DNA of 64,000 nucleotides from the IMG/VR virus record IMGVR_UViG_2974638963_000001, positions 1 through 64,000 of that record. The stretch is one strand, 5' to 3'. The notes under the pieces are model-generated. The model ran no database searches, was not told the origin of the DNA, and saw nothing but the letters and a program-made list of their open reading frames with translations. The translations under genes were made by a program, and so were the position numbers. This document shows, in pieces, positions 46,150 to 56,975 of the stretch. The DNA is from a virus. Lineage: Duplodnaviria > Caudoviricetes. Numbering within the stretch: position 1 is the stretch's first letter; every line of letters begins with the position of its first letter.

Positions 46150-46216
46150 ATTTTCCTCTTTTCTCAAATTTATGAGACTATTATACAGATATTTGAGATA
46201 TTTTGCAAATGATTTT

Positions 46217-46714
46217 TTAGAAATTTTCCAATTCGATATCTGCGATAGCTGATTGGTTTAACGCATCTACAAATAAGTTACCCTTAGAAGTATCGTGAGC
46301 CTTAACCCACTCAATTCTAGGAGGATTAGGTAGTGCGTGGTACGCCGTGTAAATCTCTTGCCAAAGCCCAGCATTTTCTAACTTCTTATTGCCCGCTTTC
46401 TTCCAGCCACGACCTTTCCAGCCTTCCATCCATTCCATAATACCACGCTTTACTAACATAGAGTCAGTATAAATAACATCTAAGATAAGCGGTAGCGTAC
46501 GTAGAACTTTCAGTAGTTCTAGCATTGCCGTCATTTCCATAATGTTATTAGTTGTCCACTTATCATTTCCCCAACCCTTACACTCTGTGCCTAGGGGGCT
46601 AGTTAATATGTTGTCACCATTAAATACAGCCCATGCCCAACCACCAGGTCCAGGGTTTCCGTGGCAACCACCGTCGGTGTATCCCTGATATGTTGGAGTT
46701 TCCCAAGTTTTCAT
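46217..46714 (-). CDS. rnh: ribonuclease HI
   Basis: YTDGGCHGNPGPGGW, TTNNIME, WVKAH..GN..VD. Confidence 0.95.
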   Translation of the reverse strand: MKTWETPTYQGYTDGGCHGNPGPGGWAWAVFNGDNILTSPLGTECKGWGNDKWTTNNIMEMTAMLELLKVLRTLPLILDVIYTDSMLVKRGIMEWMEGWKGRGWKKAGNKKLENAGLWQEIYTAYHALPNPPRIEWVKAHDTSKGNLFVDALNQSAIADIELENF

Positions 46715-47010
46715 TACTGCACCTCAATAAGTTTGAATTCTTGAATAGTTCCTGAGAACTTACCATCAATGATGTCAATCTCGTATGCAATGCGATAACC
46801 TGTTCCTGTTAAAAGGGCGTTCATCATGCCTACTACACCCGTTTCTACTTCGGAATGTTTATTTAACGCACCAACAAAGATCATATCATTGGCGTAATCC
46901 AGTGGGACATCTAGAACGAAAGCTGAAGTAACCATTTTTGTAACCCCAATAGGGTCTCTATCTAATAGTTGGTTAAGCTCATTTACTACATCTTGTGGTA
47001 GGATTTGCAT
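46714..47010 (-). CDS. hypothetical protein
   Basis: 98 aa after promoter. Confidence 0.65.
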   Translation of the reverse strand: MQILPQDVVNELNQLLDRDPIGVTKMVTSAFVLDVPLDYANDMIFVGALNKHSEVETGVVGMMNALLTGTGYRIAYEIDIIDGKFSGTIQEFKLIEVQ

Positions 47011-47114
47011 TTAGTTTTCCTCTGATAATTAACAATACAAATATTATATAATAAAACTGTGCAAATAAGCAAGTAATTTTATTATGTAATAGCCCCCGTA
47101 GGGGCTGTATTATA

Positions 47115-47960
47115 TTAAACAGTAAATGGATGTTTAATTGGCGGATGGGACTCATAGCTTTCCAGAACGAAATCGCCTGGTGTTACCCAGGTCAATACGT
47201 CTTCTAACGTTTTAATAGCTGGGTTGATATGTAACTTAGGAAGATCAAATGGCTCTCTCCAGATCTGCTCATTCATAGTTTCTAACTGATTCTCATAAAT
47301 GTGAGCATTTACAATCTTATGATACGCCTTCCCTGCTTTATGCCCAGTTATTTGTGCCATTAATGCACATAGAACAAAGCACTGAATCTGATTAAACACT
47401 AGACCAAGCGGCACATCACAACTACGCTGATAAGATGTCAGGTATAGTACCCCATCCAGTAAAGAGAAAGTATGAGTATGCATACATGGTCTTAAGCATC
47501 CCAGCTCAAATTCACCTGGGTTCCAAAACGTTACAATTTCACCTCTATCATCTTTTCCCTTTAATAGATCATCATAGACTTTCTGAAGCTGGTCAACACT
47601 ACCATTTGGAGAAGCCCACTGGCGCCCCTGGACACCATACACTCTTCCCATGTCTCCATGACCTTTACGGTTTGGATTTGCTAGCCACGCAGCGTTATCA
47701 TTAGCGTTTGCATGCCATGTGTTGCAACCAATAGAGGCAAACTGATCGGCGTTGTCATACCCACGTAAGTAACCTAAGAGTTCAGCTACAGCAGCTTTAA
47801 AGTTTACCTTACGAGTTGTTAGCATTGGGAATTTGTTGTTGGCTACATCGTATTCTAAATCAGCATTAATTACTGTAAGACAGCCAACACCTGTGCGTTC
47901 ATTAGGGACCATAGTCCCTTCTTTCATTATTCGTTTTGCTAGATCTAGATATTGTTTCAT
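47115..47960 (-). CDS. thyA: thymidylate synthase
   Basis: [26 protein letters not shown]. Confidence 0.97.
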   Translation of the reverse strand: MKQYLDLAKRIMKEGTMVPNERTGVGCLTVINADLEYDVANNKFPMLTTRKVNFKAAVAELLGYLRGYDNADQFASIGCNTWHANANDNAAWLANPNRKGHGDMGRVYGVQGRQWASPNGSVDQLQKVYDDLLKGKDDRGEIVTFWNPGEFELGCLRPCMHTHTFSLLDGVLYLTSYQRSCDVPLGLVFNQIQCFVLCALMAQITGHKAGKAYHKIVNAHIYENQLETMNEQIWREPFDLPKLHINPAIKTLEDVLTWVTPGDFVLESYESHPPIKHPFTV

Positions 47961-48484
47961 TGCGGTTTCCTATAGACGTAGTGAGTCCCAGAGGCTTGAG
48001 TAAACTTAGATGGAGGTAGTTCTTGTGCTGACATTATTTCTAAATCAGATAATACGTCTGCTACTAAATCCATATCAAGCCATACATCTGCGTTTAAGGG
48101 TACGCTACTACCAATTAGAGAAGTATATACTGAGTCTACCTCTTCTGTTTGCATGATAGTTTCTAGTAAGAAAGCTCCACCAATACAGGCATACTTTACA
48201 CCCTCAGGTAATGATGTTAACAAATGTGTTAGTGTGTTTTCTCCGGCTATTACTTGCAGGTTTCCACCGAACATAGTGTCTAATCTACGTTTAACTGCTG
48301 CTGGTAGAGAATTCCAAGTATTTTTGCCAACTACTACTATTCTACCCTCTTCTTTGATATATTGCAAAGACTCCCAAAATAGAGCCAGTTCTTCGGGATA
48401 ACTGCCCCACGGCAGCTTCCCTTCATTTCCAAATTCACCTGCTACCCCTACAGCAAAGTGTAGAGAAAAGGTTGCATCTCTCAT
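47957..48484 (-). CDS. dihydrofolate reductase
   Basis: [22 protein letters not shown]; adjacent to thyA. Confidence 0.85.
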   Translation of the reverse strand: MRDATFSLHFAVGVAGEFGNEGKLPWGSYPEELALFWESLQYIKEEGRIVVVGKNTWNSLPAAVKRRLDTMFGGNLQVIAGENTLTHLLTSLPEGVKYACIGGAFLLETIMQTEEVDSVYTSLIGSSVPLNADVWLDMDLVADVLSDLEIMSAQELPPSKFTQASGTHYVYRKPQ

Positions 48485-49587
48485 TACATTAATCCTTCTA
48501 AATCAGCCCAGTCTGAAGAAGACCCTTGAGTAGTCTGTCCTACACGATAGGAGGTTACTGAGGTTTCTTGTGGAGCTACTTGGAAACGATCTGGATCTAG
48601 GTAGTTATCCATAAATAGTAATGGGTTTTGACGCACAATCTCCATACCATTAGGCATTTCAATACCTAGGAAATTAAATGATACGAATCCAATGTGGAAT
48701 AGGTAGTATTTTAATTCTTCAGCACTTTGCAATTTACTTAATGAACGACCGTCACGGAGGATATAGTTGCCCCAAGCAATTTCACGCTGAACCACATTCC
48801 ATAAGATGGATGGAGCTTTCTCCATAACTTCTTCAACTAGATGTGGTCTCATCTGAGACATATGGATCAGGATAACTTCTTTACTCATGTGAGTATGAAG
48901 AGCTTCATCTTTGGCGATTAGTTGCAGGTTATTAGCAATACCAGTAAATACATCTTCTTCTGCTAATGCGAATGTACATGCAAATGATGCGTAGAACTGA
49001 ATAGATTCTAATGCATAAATATGCAAGTACGCTTCTAAGATCATTTGCTGCATCTGCTCGAAGTGAGACTTAGATGGGTTTTCTGTATCTTCCCAATTAC
49101 GGGAGGCTCTGTATAGTTCATCAAAGAACCCTACTGCACCAGCGATACGAGCAAATGCTTCTTGGTTATCCACGATTGAACGAATAAATAATGCTGGATC
49201 AGGAAGAACAGTTTGGATAATGTTTGAGTAAGCACGACTATGAATATTTTCGAAGTAACCCCATTCTTTGATCATGCCCTCTAGTTCTGGTCTACTGACT
49301 AACGGCTGAATAGACTGCTCTGGTGCGCGTGCGATGAAGCTATCAGTCATTGTTTGCCATGCTAGATTTTCTAGCGTAATAAGTCGGTAGCTCTCTGGTA
49401 CTAGGGGCCACATTTTAGTATCATCAGCCATCTTGACTTCAGTCTCAATCCAATACTGAGAACGCTGTTTTAATGCTAGCTCTTCTAGACGTGGGTGTGC
49501 AATGTTGATAAAGTCAGCTAAGCCAACTTTCTGTGATAAGAATAAGGTAGGATCTGAGGCATCCCAACCTAGATTTAGTAAACTCAT
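48484..49587 (-). CDS. nrdB: class Ia ribonucleotide reductase beta subunit
   Basis: ENIHSRAY, ESIQFYASF, DEALH, VAPQE; start reassigned. Confidence 0.95.
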   Translation of the reverse strand: MSLLNLGWDASDPTLFLSQKVGLADFINIAHPRLEELALKQRSQYWIETEVKMADDTKMWPLVPESYRLITLENLAWQTMTDSFIARAPEQSIQPLVSRPELEGMIKEWGYFENIHSRAYSNIIQTVLPDPALFIRSIVDNQEAFARIAGAVGFFDELYRASRNWEDTENPSKSHFEQMQQMILEAYLHIYALESIQFYASFACTFALAEEDVFTGIANNLQLIAKDEALHTHMSKEVILIHMSQMRPHLVEEVMEKAPSILWNVVQREIAWGNYILRDGRSLSKLQSAEELKYYLFHIGFVSFNFLGIEMPNGMEIVRQNPLLFMDNYLDPDRFQVAPQETSVTSYRVGQTTQGSSSDWADLEGLM

Positions 49588-49660
49588 TGATTTTTCTCCA
49601 TTTTGAAAACATAAAAGCATTCTACACCAAATCGATGTAGAATGCAAGAAATATTTTTAA

Positions 49661-52045
49661 TTACAGGGTGCATCCACCGCTTGAACAGCTTTGTGATTCT
49701 GCTTCGTGAGAGGATCCACCATTGGCCGCATTAAACCAAGCATAGTACATAGATTTCCAACCATATTTATGTGCTAGGATCATATGTTTAACTACTTCAG
49801 TTACAGGAATCTTACCGTCTGGATAGTCATCATATACGTACCATTGGTCAGCACTTATGGACTGACTGAACCACTTCTGCACAACACCAACAAATTTAAT
49901 CCATTCAACCTTATCAATATCAAATGCGTATTTATACACAGCTTCATCTACCTCGCCAGTAGTCACACCGTAAGCTACTTGAGGAACCATGTTAACACCG
50001 CTTTTCTTGATAACTACTATATCACGGATTGGGTTGATGCTGTTTGATACTCCTAGAACGACAGAAGAAGATTCACCCGGCATTTGTGCAGTTAGTACTG
50101 AGTTTCTCATGCCATGCTCTAAAATTTCAGCACGTAAAGCTTCCCAGTCATGCTGTAAGCCAACAGAAACCAGCTCATCAACAGTTTTCTTATAGGTATC
50201 GATTACTAGGACACCTTTAGCTGGAGAAGTGTAGTCAAACCATTCAGCTTTACCACGCTCTTTAGCTAACTGTATAGAGGCTTTGTGCAAGTAATATGCG
50301 TGGTCTTCCATTTGTTTATGCATCCAGTTACGAGCTTCAATGCCCTCAAACTGTAAACCTTCTTTAGCCATAGCACCAGCAGCATTCATAACCCCGATAC
50401 CTACGTTTCTACGTGCCTTAGCAGAGAATTCCATGGCTGGGAATGTGTAGTCTTGGATTTCAATGATTGAGTCAACGAATTTCAATAAAATGTAATAAAC
50501 TCGTTCTTTTTCCCACGGCTGGCAACTTCCTAGGACAAATCCACCTAAGTTACAAAGAGATACTTCTCCGTTGTCCCCTGGTTTACTACCCTTTAATTGT
50601 TCAGCAGTTTTATATAGGTCTACTACATGTTCAAACGGATATGTTGGTTGGTTGATCTCAACGCATAAGTTGCTCATTTTAATAGCTTCTTCGAAGTTAC
50701 TGTGAGCATTTGTATTGTCCATAAACTGGAAGTATAGACGACCTGTTTCCATACGGACTGCAATGGCTGTGCTAAGCAATTCAGCGGCAGGTATTACTTC
50801 AACAACAGGAATCTGTGACCCACCTTTACCAACTTTAGTTTTGCCAGCTAGACGTTTCTCTGCGGCTTCATACACTTCACGGAAATGATTTAAATCACCA
50901 GAGCTATGAACAAAGGCATCAAACACCTCAGGTGCATAGAAGATACTCATTAGAGTAATGTTTTGACCTTTAATTGCTCGTTCTAATACTAAACCGTTAA
51001 ACTGAATTAAGAAGTCACTTTTATCTAGACGATCTTCTGCTGCTGAACGTTGTGACTTAGATGCTATGATTTTTAGTACTTCAGCATCAAAGAATGGGAT
51101 ATTAGCTGTCATACTACCACCACGAGACTGCTGTGTATTAGCCTGAGTGGAAGATAATGCGTGTCTTAAGTATGGCATTTTACCAGTACTTACGAATGAG
51201 CCATTACGAATAGGGTCCCCTGTTGCACGACTACGTAGTAAATACCCAATACCAGCGCGAGCTGCTACCATTTTAAATACGATGTGCTCCGCTGCATCAA
51301 TACTGTCTAGAGTATCTGCTGCTTCCATTAAGCAACAAGAGGCAAAACCTTTATCTGGTGTACGAAGTCCCACTAGAGGAGGGGTTGGTACGTTAATCTT
51401 ATGTAGACTAAATGCGTTGTACAGTTCGATAATTTCTGTTAATGACCAGTCACCAGTTCTAGCAATAGCCATTGCCATACCCATATAAGTGAACTGAGGT
51501 GTTTCATAGATTTCATCCGTGTGGATGTTACGACGAGCATATTTATCTGCGAACTGTTTCAAACCTGAATAACTAAACTTGTGGTCACGAGAGTGATCAA
51601 TAGCTTCTTCTAAATGTGTCCAGTAATGGTCTGGGATCCAAGGCATCTCTTCCCATACGCCTAAGTCCATCAAGTGTGAAGCCCATCCACGTAGAGATGG
51701 TGGCTCAAATGAGTCGTATACTGACTTACGTAGACGTGCTAGATATAATTCACGTGCTGCAATATCGAACTCTGGGTTCATCTTAACTAATGATTCTGCT
51801 GAACGAATCAACAGATCTTGTAAATCTTCTGAGTCAATCGTACTCTTAGATGTAAAACGCAGCGCACTACGTACAATCTGTTTCCAGTCTGCTGTAGCTG
51901 TCTTCTGGCAAGCCCACTCTGCCCAGCCATCTAGCTTTTCAATATCAAATGGCTCAATGAAGCCATCGCGTTTACGGACGAATTGAACGTTGCCCAGACG
52001 TGTAGTTGTTGCAGGTTTCTTTAAAAAATGTTCTACGCCAGCCAT
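49661..52045 (-). CDS. nrdA: class Ia ribonucleotide reductase alpha subunit
   Basis: ATP cone, ASCC, SNLCVEI, MYY, C-terminal CSSGGC. Confidence 0.97.
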   Translation of the reverse strand: MAGVEHFLKKPATTTRLGNVQFVRKRDGFIEPFDIEKLDGWAEWACQKTATADWKQIVRSALRFTSKSTIDSEDLQDLLIRSAESLVKMNPEFDIAARELYLARLRKSVYDSFEPPSLRGWASHLMDLGVWEEMPWIPDHYWTHLEEAIDHSRDHKFSYSGLKQFADKYARRNIHTDEIYETPQFTYMGMAMAIARTGDWSLTEIIELYNAFSLHKINVPTPPLVGLRTPDKGFASCCLMEAADTLDSIDAAEHIVFKMVAARAGIGYLLRSRATGDPIRNGSFVSTGKMPYLRHALSSTQANTQQSRGGSMTANIPFFDAEVLKIIASKSQRSAAEDRLDKSDFLIQFNGLVLERAIKGQNITLMSIFYAPEVFDAFVHSSGDLNHFREVYEAAEKRLAGKTKVGKGGSQIPVVEVIPAAELLSTAIAVRMETGRLYFQFMDNTNAHSNFEEAIKMSNLCVEINQPTYPFEHVVDLYKTAEQLKGSKPGDNGEVSLCNLGGFVLGSCQPWEKERVYYILLKFVDSIIEIQDYTFPAMEFSAKARRNVGIGVMNAAGAMAKEGLQFEGIEARNWMHKQMEDHAYYLHKASIQLAKERGKAEWFDYTSPAKGVLVIDTYKKTVDELVSVGLQHDWEALRAEILEHGMRNSVLTAQMPGESSSVVLGVSNSINPIRDIVVIKKSGVNMVPQVAYGVTTGEVDEAVYKYAFDIDKVEWIKFVGVVQKWFSQSISADQWYVYDDYPDGKIPVTEVVKHMILAHKYGWKSMYYAWFNAANGGSSHEAESQSCSSGGCTL

Positions 52046-52172
52046 TCTCTTTTCCTTGTAGGTTAAAAAAGCCAGACCTATTACAGTCTGGCTTGAGTTA
52101 AATTCCTGCGCCCTCCGAGGGTACAGTCTAGGTTGTTAAAGTGTTACGTGTGACTAAAAGCCTGGATGTTCA

Positions 52173-52892
52173 TCAAACATTGATTAATCCTTCTGAGTAG
52201 AATATATCATAGAATGCTGATGATTCACGAGATCTAACGTTCTCTTCCAGCTCAATATGCCTGAATGGAGTAAACTCGTACTTATCTTTAATGTCCATTA
52301 GCATCTTGAGTCCAGACTTACCGTGTAGGTCTTTCTGAGCAATATCACCACAGATAATCATACGACAATCTTCCCCGATACGGGTTAGGATAGCGATCAT
52401 AGCTTCTGGTGTGATATTCTGTGCTTCATCAACAATTACGAAACAGTTATTAAAGGTACGTCCTCTTACGTGTTCGACAGCGACAAATTGAATTCGTTCG
52501 TCTTTGAAAAGACCTTCGTATCCGTATTTACCGATTGCCCACACAATCCCATCTTTGATAGGCACTAACCAAGGCTCTAGCTTTTCCTTGAGGTCTCCAG
52601 GCAACATACCCAGTGACTTACCAAGTGGTTCATTTGGTCTAATTAAAACAACGCGTTCAAACGGAGATTTATGCTTGTATAATTCTTGTGCCGCTAGGGC
52701 AGCAGGAATAAAGGTTTTACCAGTACCAGGCTTACCTGTACAAACTACTACGGTTGAGTTCTTAATAGCATTGATGTAAGATTTCTGTTCAGAGTTCTTT
52801 GGTACTAAAGTCTTATCCGAACCTAATCTTCCACAGGATGTTGATTGATCAACGTCCTTTTGCTTTTTACGTTCTTTCTTTGGTTTTGCCAT
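52173..52892 (-). CDS. phoH: PhoH-like ATPase
   Basis: GKPGTGKT, RGRTF, DEAQN, GDIAQ. Confidence 0.95.
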   Translation of the reverse strand: MAKPKKERKKQKDVDQSTSCGRLGSDKTLVPKNSEQKSYINAIKNSTVVVCTGKPGTGKTFIPAALAAQELYKHKSPFERVVLIRPNEPLGKSLGMLPGDLKEKLEPWLVPIKDGIVWAIGKYGYEGLFKDERIQFVAVEHVRGRTFNNCFVIVDEAQNITPEAMIAILTRIGEDCRMIICGDIAQKDLHGKSGLKMLMDIKDKYEFTPFRHIELEENVRSRESSAFYDIFYSEGLINV

Positions 52893-53185
52893 TTGCACTC
52901 CTTTATGCACGCAGAGGAATATGAGATATATTCTTGCTTTTTCCACTTTACCTATATATTATAGCTTAAATCGTGGCAGATTGCAAGTAGAATTTTTAAT
53001 TCCGACTGTTGGCTTGGATTCTTTCCTTTATTATAACGTGCGCGCGTACGTATATCATAAGTTTCAAGGACTTGTCAAGAAAAGTTTTTGTTAATAAAAT
53101 GTTACCACCTGTAACAATTAAAAACTTCATTTGACCTTTACGGAGAAATGTAGTATAATGGTAGGATTAATTGGAGGAAAGTATA

Positions 53186-55057
53186 ATGAATGATAAATTA
53201 AAGAAAATGCTAGAGAACGTTCGTGGTATCTTATCTAGTTCGGCTAGCGATGAATTACTATTTAATAATGCTAACAAGCCTTCCGAGCGATTCCCTACTC
53301 AAAGGGATATGATTGCTGGTGAGGTTAGTAAGTATTTGCTATATGAAATGTTACCACAGAACATTTGGAACGCCCATGAACGTGGTGAGATTCACTTCCA
53401 TGATGCTGACTACTCAGCAATGGGTATGACTAATTGTTGTTTAGTAGATCTGGAAGGAATGTTGAAGGATGGTTTACGTGTTGGGAATGCTAATATTGAG
53501 ACACCTAAGTCAATCGGAACAGCAGTTGCTATCACTGCACAGATTATTGCACAGGTTTCTAGCCATCAATATGGTGGTACTTCTATAGATAGATTTGACG
53601 AAGTATTGGCTACCTATGTTCGTAAGTCTTATGATAAGAACCATGCATTTGCTAGACGATGGACTAAAGATGAGGCTAAGGCTTCTGTTATGGCAACTGA
53701 AATGACTGAAAAGAACGTTGAAGATGCTATGCAAGGTTTTGAATATGAGGTTAACACTTTATTTAACAGTAATGGGCAGTCTCCATTTATCACTATTGGG
53801 TTCGGATTAGGAACTAGTTGGGAAGCTAGGATGGTGCAGAAACACTTACTACTTACACGCATGCGTGGATTAGGAGCTGGCAAGCATACCGCTATATTTC
53901 CTAAGCTGGTATTTGTTCTTAAACAAGGCCTGAATATGAAGCCTGGTGATGTTAACTACGATATTAAACAGCTAGCAATGAAATGTACTTCTGAGCGTAT
54001 GTACCCTGACTACATCAGCTATGAGAAGCTCGTGGAAGTAACTGGTGACTACAAGGTTAGTATGGGTTGTAGATCCTTTCTTTCAGCTATTGAGTCTGGT
54101 GAGACATCAGGACGTAACAACCTAGGAGTTGTATCGATAAACCTACCTAGGATAGCTATGGAGTCTGACGGTGACTTTGACGAATTCTTTGTTATCTTAG
54201 GTGAACGTCTTAGACTAGCTGCTCTAGCTCAAAAGTGGCGTATTGCGCATCTAGCAAATGTACAGGCTAAATCAGCACCTATCTTATATATGTATGGTGG
54301 TTTTGGTTTACGTCTAGACCCTGAAGAGTATGTGCTTGAGCATTTACGTGGTCGTGCTTCTATATCTATGGGTTATATAGGTTGCCATGAAATGTTGCAG
54401 GTTATGTATGGTGAGGATGTAGATACATTAGCACCTGAATGTGTTAGTTTTGTTCAAGATGTTCTTGAAGTAATGTCAACATATTGTGAAGAACTCAGGA
54501 ACGAAACTGGATTTGGGTTTAGTCTTTATGCTACCCCATCTGAGTCTCTGTGTGATAGGTTTAACCGTATAGACAGAGAAGTTTTCCCCGAATACCATTG
54601 GTTGTTTGAAAAAGGATATTATACCAATAGTCACCACTTAAGTGTGGATAGAAAGGTAGCTCCTGATGTCAAATTTGATTTTGAATCTAACTTTACTAGT
54701 ATTGCTAGTGGCGGCTGCATTTCTTACGTAGAACTTCCTGATATGAAGAAGTTTCCTCAAGGTCTAGAATGGGTGATTGATTACGCTGCAAGCAAGGTGC
54801 ACTACTTCGGTATTAATACCCCAGTGGACTCATGTGATGATTGTGGGTTCATGGGTGAGACAGTACCTACTGAAAATGGGTTCACATGCCCGTCTTGTGG
54901 TAACCATGACCCTGACAAGCTAGAAATTACTAGACGTGTCTGTGGGTACTTAGGTAATCCTGGTAGTCGTCCATTTAATCCTGGTAAGCAGCACGAGGTT
55001 ATGGATAGGGTTAAACATGCCGATGTTCGCAAAGGAAAGGTGCAAGTAAAGAAATAA
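53186..55057 (+). CDS. nrdD: anaerobic (class III) ribonucleotide reductase
   Basis: TNCC, MGCRS, YYTNS, CxxC-CxxC, RRVCGYL. Confidence 0.97.
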   Translation: MNDKLKKMLENVRGILSSSASDELLFNNANKPSERFPTQRDMIAGEVSKYLLYEMLPQNIWNAHERGEIHFHDADYSAMGMTNCCLVDLEGMLKDGLRVGNANIETPKSIGTAVAITAQIIAQVSSHQYGGTSIDRFDEVLATYVRKSYDKNHAFARRWTKDEAKASVMATEMTEKNVEDAMQGFEYEVNTLFNSNGQSPFITIGFGLGTSWEARMVQKHLLLTRMRGLGAGKHTAIFPKLVFVLKQGLNMKPGDVNYDIKQLAMKCTSERMYPDYISYEKLVEVTGDYKVSMGCRSFLSAIESGETSGRNNLGVVSINLPRIAMESDGDFDEFFVILGERLRLAALAQKWRIAHLANVQAKSAPILYMYGGFGLRLDPEEYVLEHLRGRASISMGYIGCHEMLQVMYGEDVDTLAPECVSFVQDVLEVMSTYCEELRNETGFGFSLYATPSESLCDRFNRIDREVFPEYHWLFEKGYYTNSHHLSVDRKVAPDVKFDFESNFTSIASGGCISYVELPDMKKFPQGLEWVIDYAASKVHYFGINTPVDSCDDCGFMGETVPTENGFTCPSCGNHDPDKLEITRRVCGYLGNPGSRPFNPGKQHEVMDRVKHADVRKGKVQVKK

Positions 55058-55122
55058 ATTTCTTGCTTAATAGCTCTCGTTTTGGTATAATATCTATAAA
55101 TTAACTAAAGCGAGGGTTTATT

Positions 55123-55476
55123 ATGTTACAAGAGTCGGTTAACGCAATTATAGAAGAATCACTAGGTGATAGAGTTAAAGAATTGGTAGGTATTGTTCAT
55201 AATGGTATCATCCAATCTGCAAAGAAAAGGAGCTTCTGTAGCACTATTCAAATTAATAATGCTACCAAACAATTTAGCCTTAATAAACAAGAACTAGTTT
55301 CATTACTACAAATTGTTTCAGCTATTTTTGAAGCAGAGGGCGGAATACTAATGACTTACGCTATCTCTGGTAGTAACAATGACCTATCTATTGGGGTAGA
55401 TGTATTAGTATCACCTACTGATACACTTGCATCTTATCTTGTAAAAATTTATGATTCGGAGAATGATAATGGCTGA
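55123..55476 (+). CDS. hypothetical protein
   Basis: 117 aa after promoter. Confidence 0.65.
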   Translation: MLQESVNAIIEESLGDRVKELVGIVHNGIIQSAKKRSFCSTIQINNATKQFSLNKQELVSLLQIVSAIFEAEGGILMTYAISGSNNDLSIGVDVLVSPTDTLASYLVKIYDSENDNG

Positions 55477-55681
55477 TTTCTGTAGGGATTGTGCAATTGA
55501 TATTTTGGGTTTCGACACCAAAGATCTTGCAGGTTTAATTACTAAAGAAGATATGTATAACGGAATCCGTGCCCACGTGATATGTGAGGGCTGTGGGTGG
55601 ATTCTAGTAGACCATAATGGTGTTCGTGTTGCTCCTGATGACAATGTTCAAGAGGTAGATAAGAATGAAGAAGATCACTAG
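55451..55681 (+). CDS. small zinc-binding protein
   Basis: MADFCRDC...CEGCG. Confidence 0.65.
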   Translation: MIRRMIMADFCRDCAIDILGFDTKDLAGLITKEDMYNGIRAHVICEGCGWILVDHNGVRVAPDDNVQEVDKNEEDH

Positions 55682-55961
55682 ATGGTGGGTAGCTAGAACA
55701 AGCCCTAATGATGTTGCCTTAGATCTAGCCACTGTGTGCACTCGTGTTATAAATAGGTCTAGAGTGGGCAATGCAGTAGCTTCCCAACTAACTCAAGTTA
55801 CAGAGACTGAAATAGAGCGTGTTAAAAAATTAAATGTTAATGCTACTGATATTAACATGTTAGTCCAGATATTATGTGGGTTAGGTGTACAACTAGATTG
55901 TAGCGCAGCTAATATTCCTGATATTATCAAGCGTGAATGGGACCTAGAGGAAGAGCAGTAA
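55665..55961 (+). CDS. hypothetical protein
   Basis: 98 aa. Confidence 0.6.
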   Translation: MKKITRWWVARTSPNDVALDLATVCTRVINRSRVGNAVASQLTQVTETEIERVKKLNVNATDINMLVQILCGLGVQLDCSAANIPDIIKREWDLEEEQ

Positions 55962-56260
55962 TGAATATTATTGTACCACGCCCAGAACATATGCCACGTA
56001 GTCAGAATGATCTGCCAGATGAAGTATACTATAATATATGGGCAGCAGATCAGCTAGCTAGTATTGTAGGTTACATGTTATCCTATACCAACGAGTTCCA
56101 TAAAGAAGGCAAGTTTGATATCACACTTACAAATACTGGAGGCTCAGAGGTACGTAGGCGCGTAACTGAGGCATTGGCTGAACAAGGCTGGGAAGCTACA
56201 TATGAGCTTGAGAAGTACCAGCAACCTTTACTGACGTTACGTCCGCTTGACGACCTGTAA
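55937..56260 (+). CDS. hypothetical protein
   Basis: likely start at 55961 (TAATG). Confidence 0.6.
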   Translation: MGPRGRAVMNIIVPRPEHMPRSQNDLPDEVYYNIWAADQLASIVGYMLSYTNEFHKEGKFDITLTNTGGSEVRRRVTEALAEQGWEATYELEKYQQPLLTLRPLDDL

Positions 56261-56362
56261 AATTTAGAAAGTGGTGGGAAATTTGGCTGTTCAAATAGGA
56301 ACCACCACCCCGATTTATAAAAATTTCTTGCAATCGTCGAAAACTTTTGTTATAATATATTC

Positions 56363-56905
56363 ATAGTTTGGAAATTCTTAGGCGTTTAAGAAAAGCGCCT
56401 AACGATTTGTAAACTCTAGATTGATTTACATTTGTCACTCAGTATGTATCCGGTTCGTGGGGCAACCCCAACGTAGATAACGCTGATTATCTCTAACCAC
56501 ATAAATTCTTAACTAGTTCGACAGCTATAAAGCTGGCTTTGCTACCTGAAATCCGACCTGTTGTGCGGTGTAGTCTTATGAAGTCTCTTCGGAGAAAACC
56601 ATGTTGTCATAGGGCTAGGGTAACGATAAGAACGCGGTCAATTAAACTTCTCAGAGGATGTAGGTTCGCCCTGTCTTCGGAGCACACCTGCTTAGCGGCG
56701 AATCATGAGGTGGCGTGCGAAGTTTATGTAGACTAGCAATAGCAGTCCGGCGGAGTGAGACCAAAGGCGTATAGTGAGAATAAGAAGAGAGTGTATGTGG
56801 TTAGGATGTTTTCTTTTTCGAAAGAACTCGAACAAAAAGTAAGTTGATTGTATTTGCTAGGTGAACCCTCGGGCAACTGACATAGTAACTGAACAAATCT
56901 TAGAG
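56363..56905 (+). ncRNA. candidate ~540 nt structured RNA/leader upstream of the origin-binding helicase
   Basis: promoter TTGCAA-17-TATAAT (56328-56356); nested stems with GCAA and UUCG tetraloops. Confidence 0.7.
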
Positions 56906-56975
56906 CATAACTGTTCCCTGGCTAAACAGGATGGACAGGATAATTGTAACCTTTTAACTATAGGAGTAACTCTAC

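Larger units (their letters stand above)
17226..47075 (-). promoter_or_regulatory. family of T5-type strong early promoters (about 15 copies)
   Basis: TTG(C/T)(C/T)A-17-TATAAT-ATATTTATA at ~17240, 19640, 22060, 26550, 29930, 31590, 33720, 35795, 37260, 38700, 40960, 42900, 45820, 46180, 47045; plus-strand copies at ~53131, 55063, 56328, 59985, 61028, 62200, 63749, 63846. Confidence 0.85.

Noticed and set aside
47115-55057. Introns or inteins in thyA, nrdA, nrdB, nrdD
   Set aside because: ORFs are continuous and of normal length.
56539-56736. 65 aa ORF
   Set aside because: TTG start without RBS, inside a heavily paired RNA.
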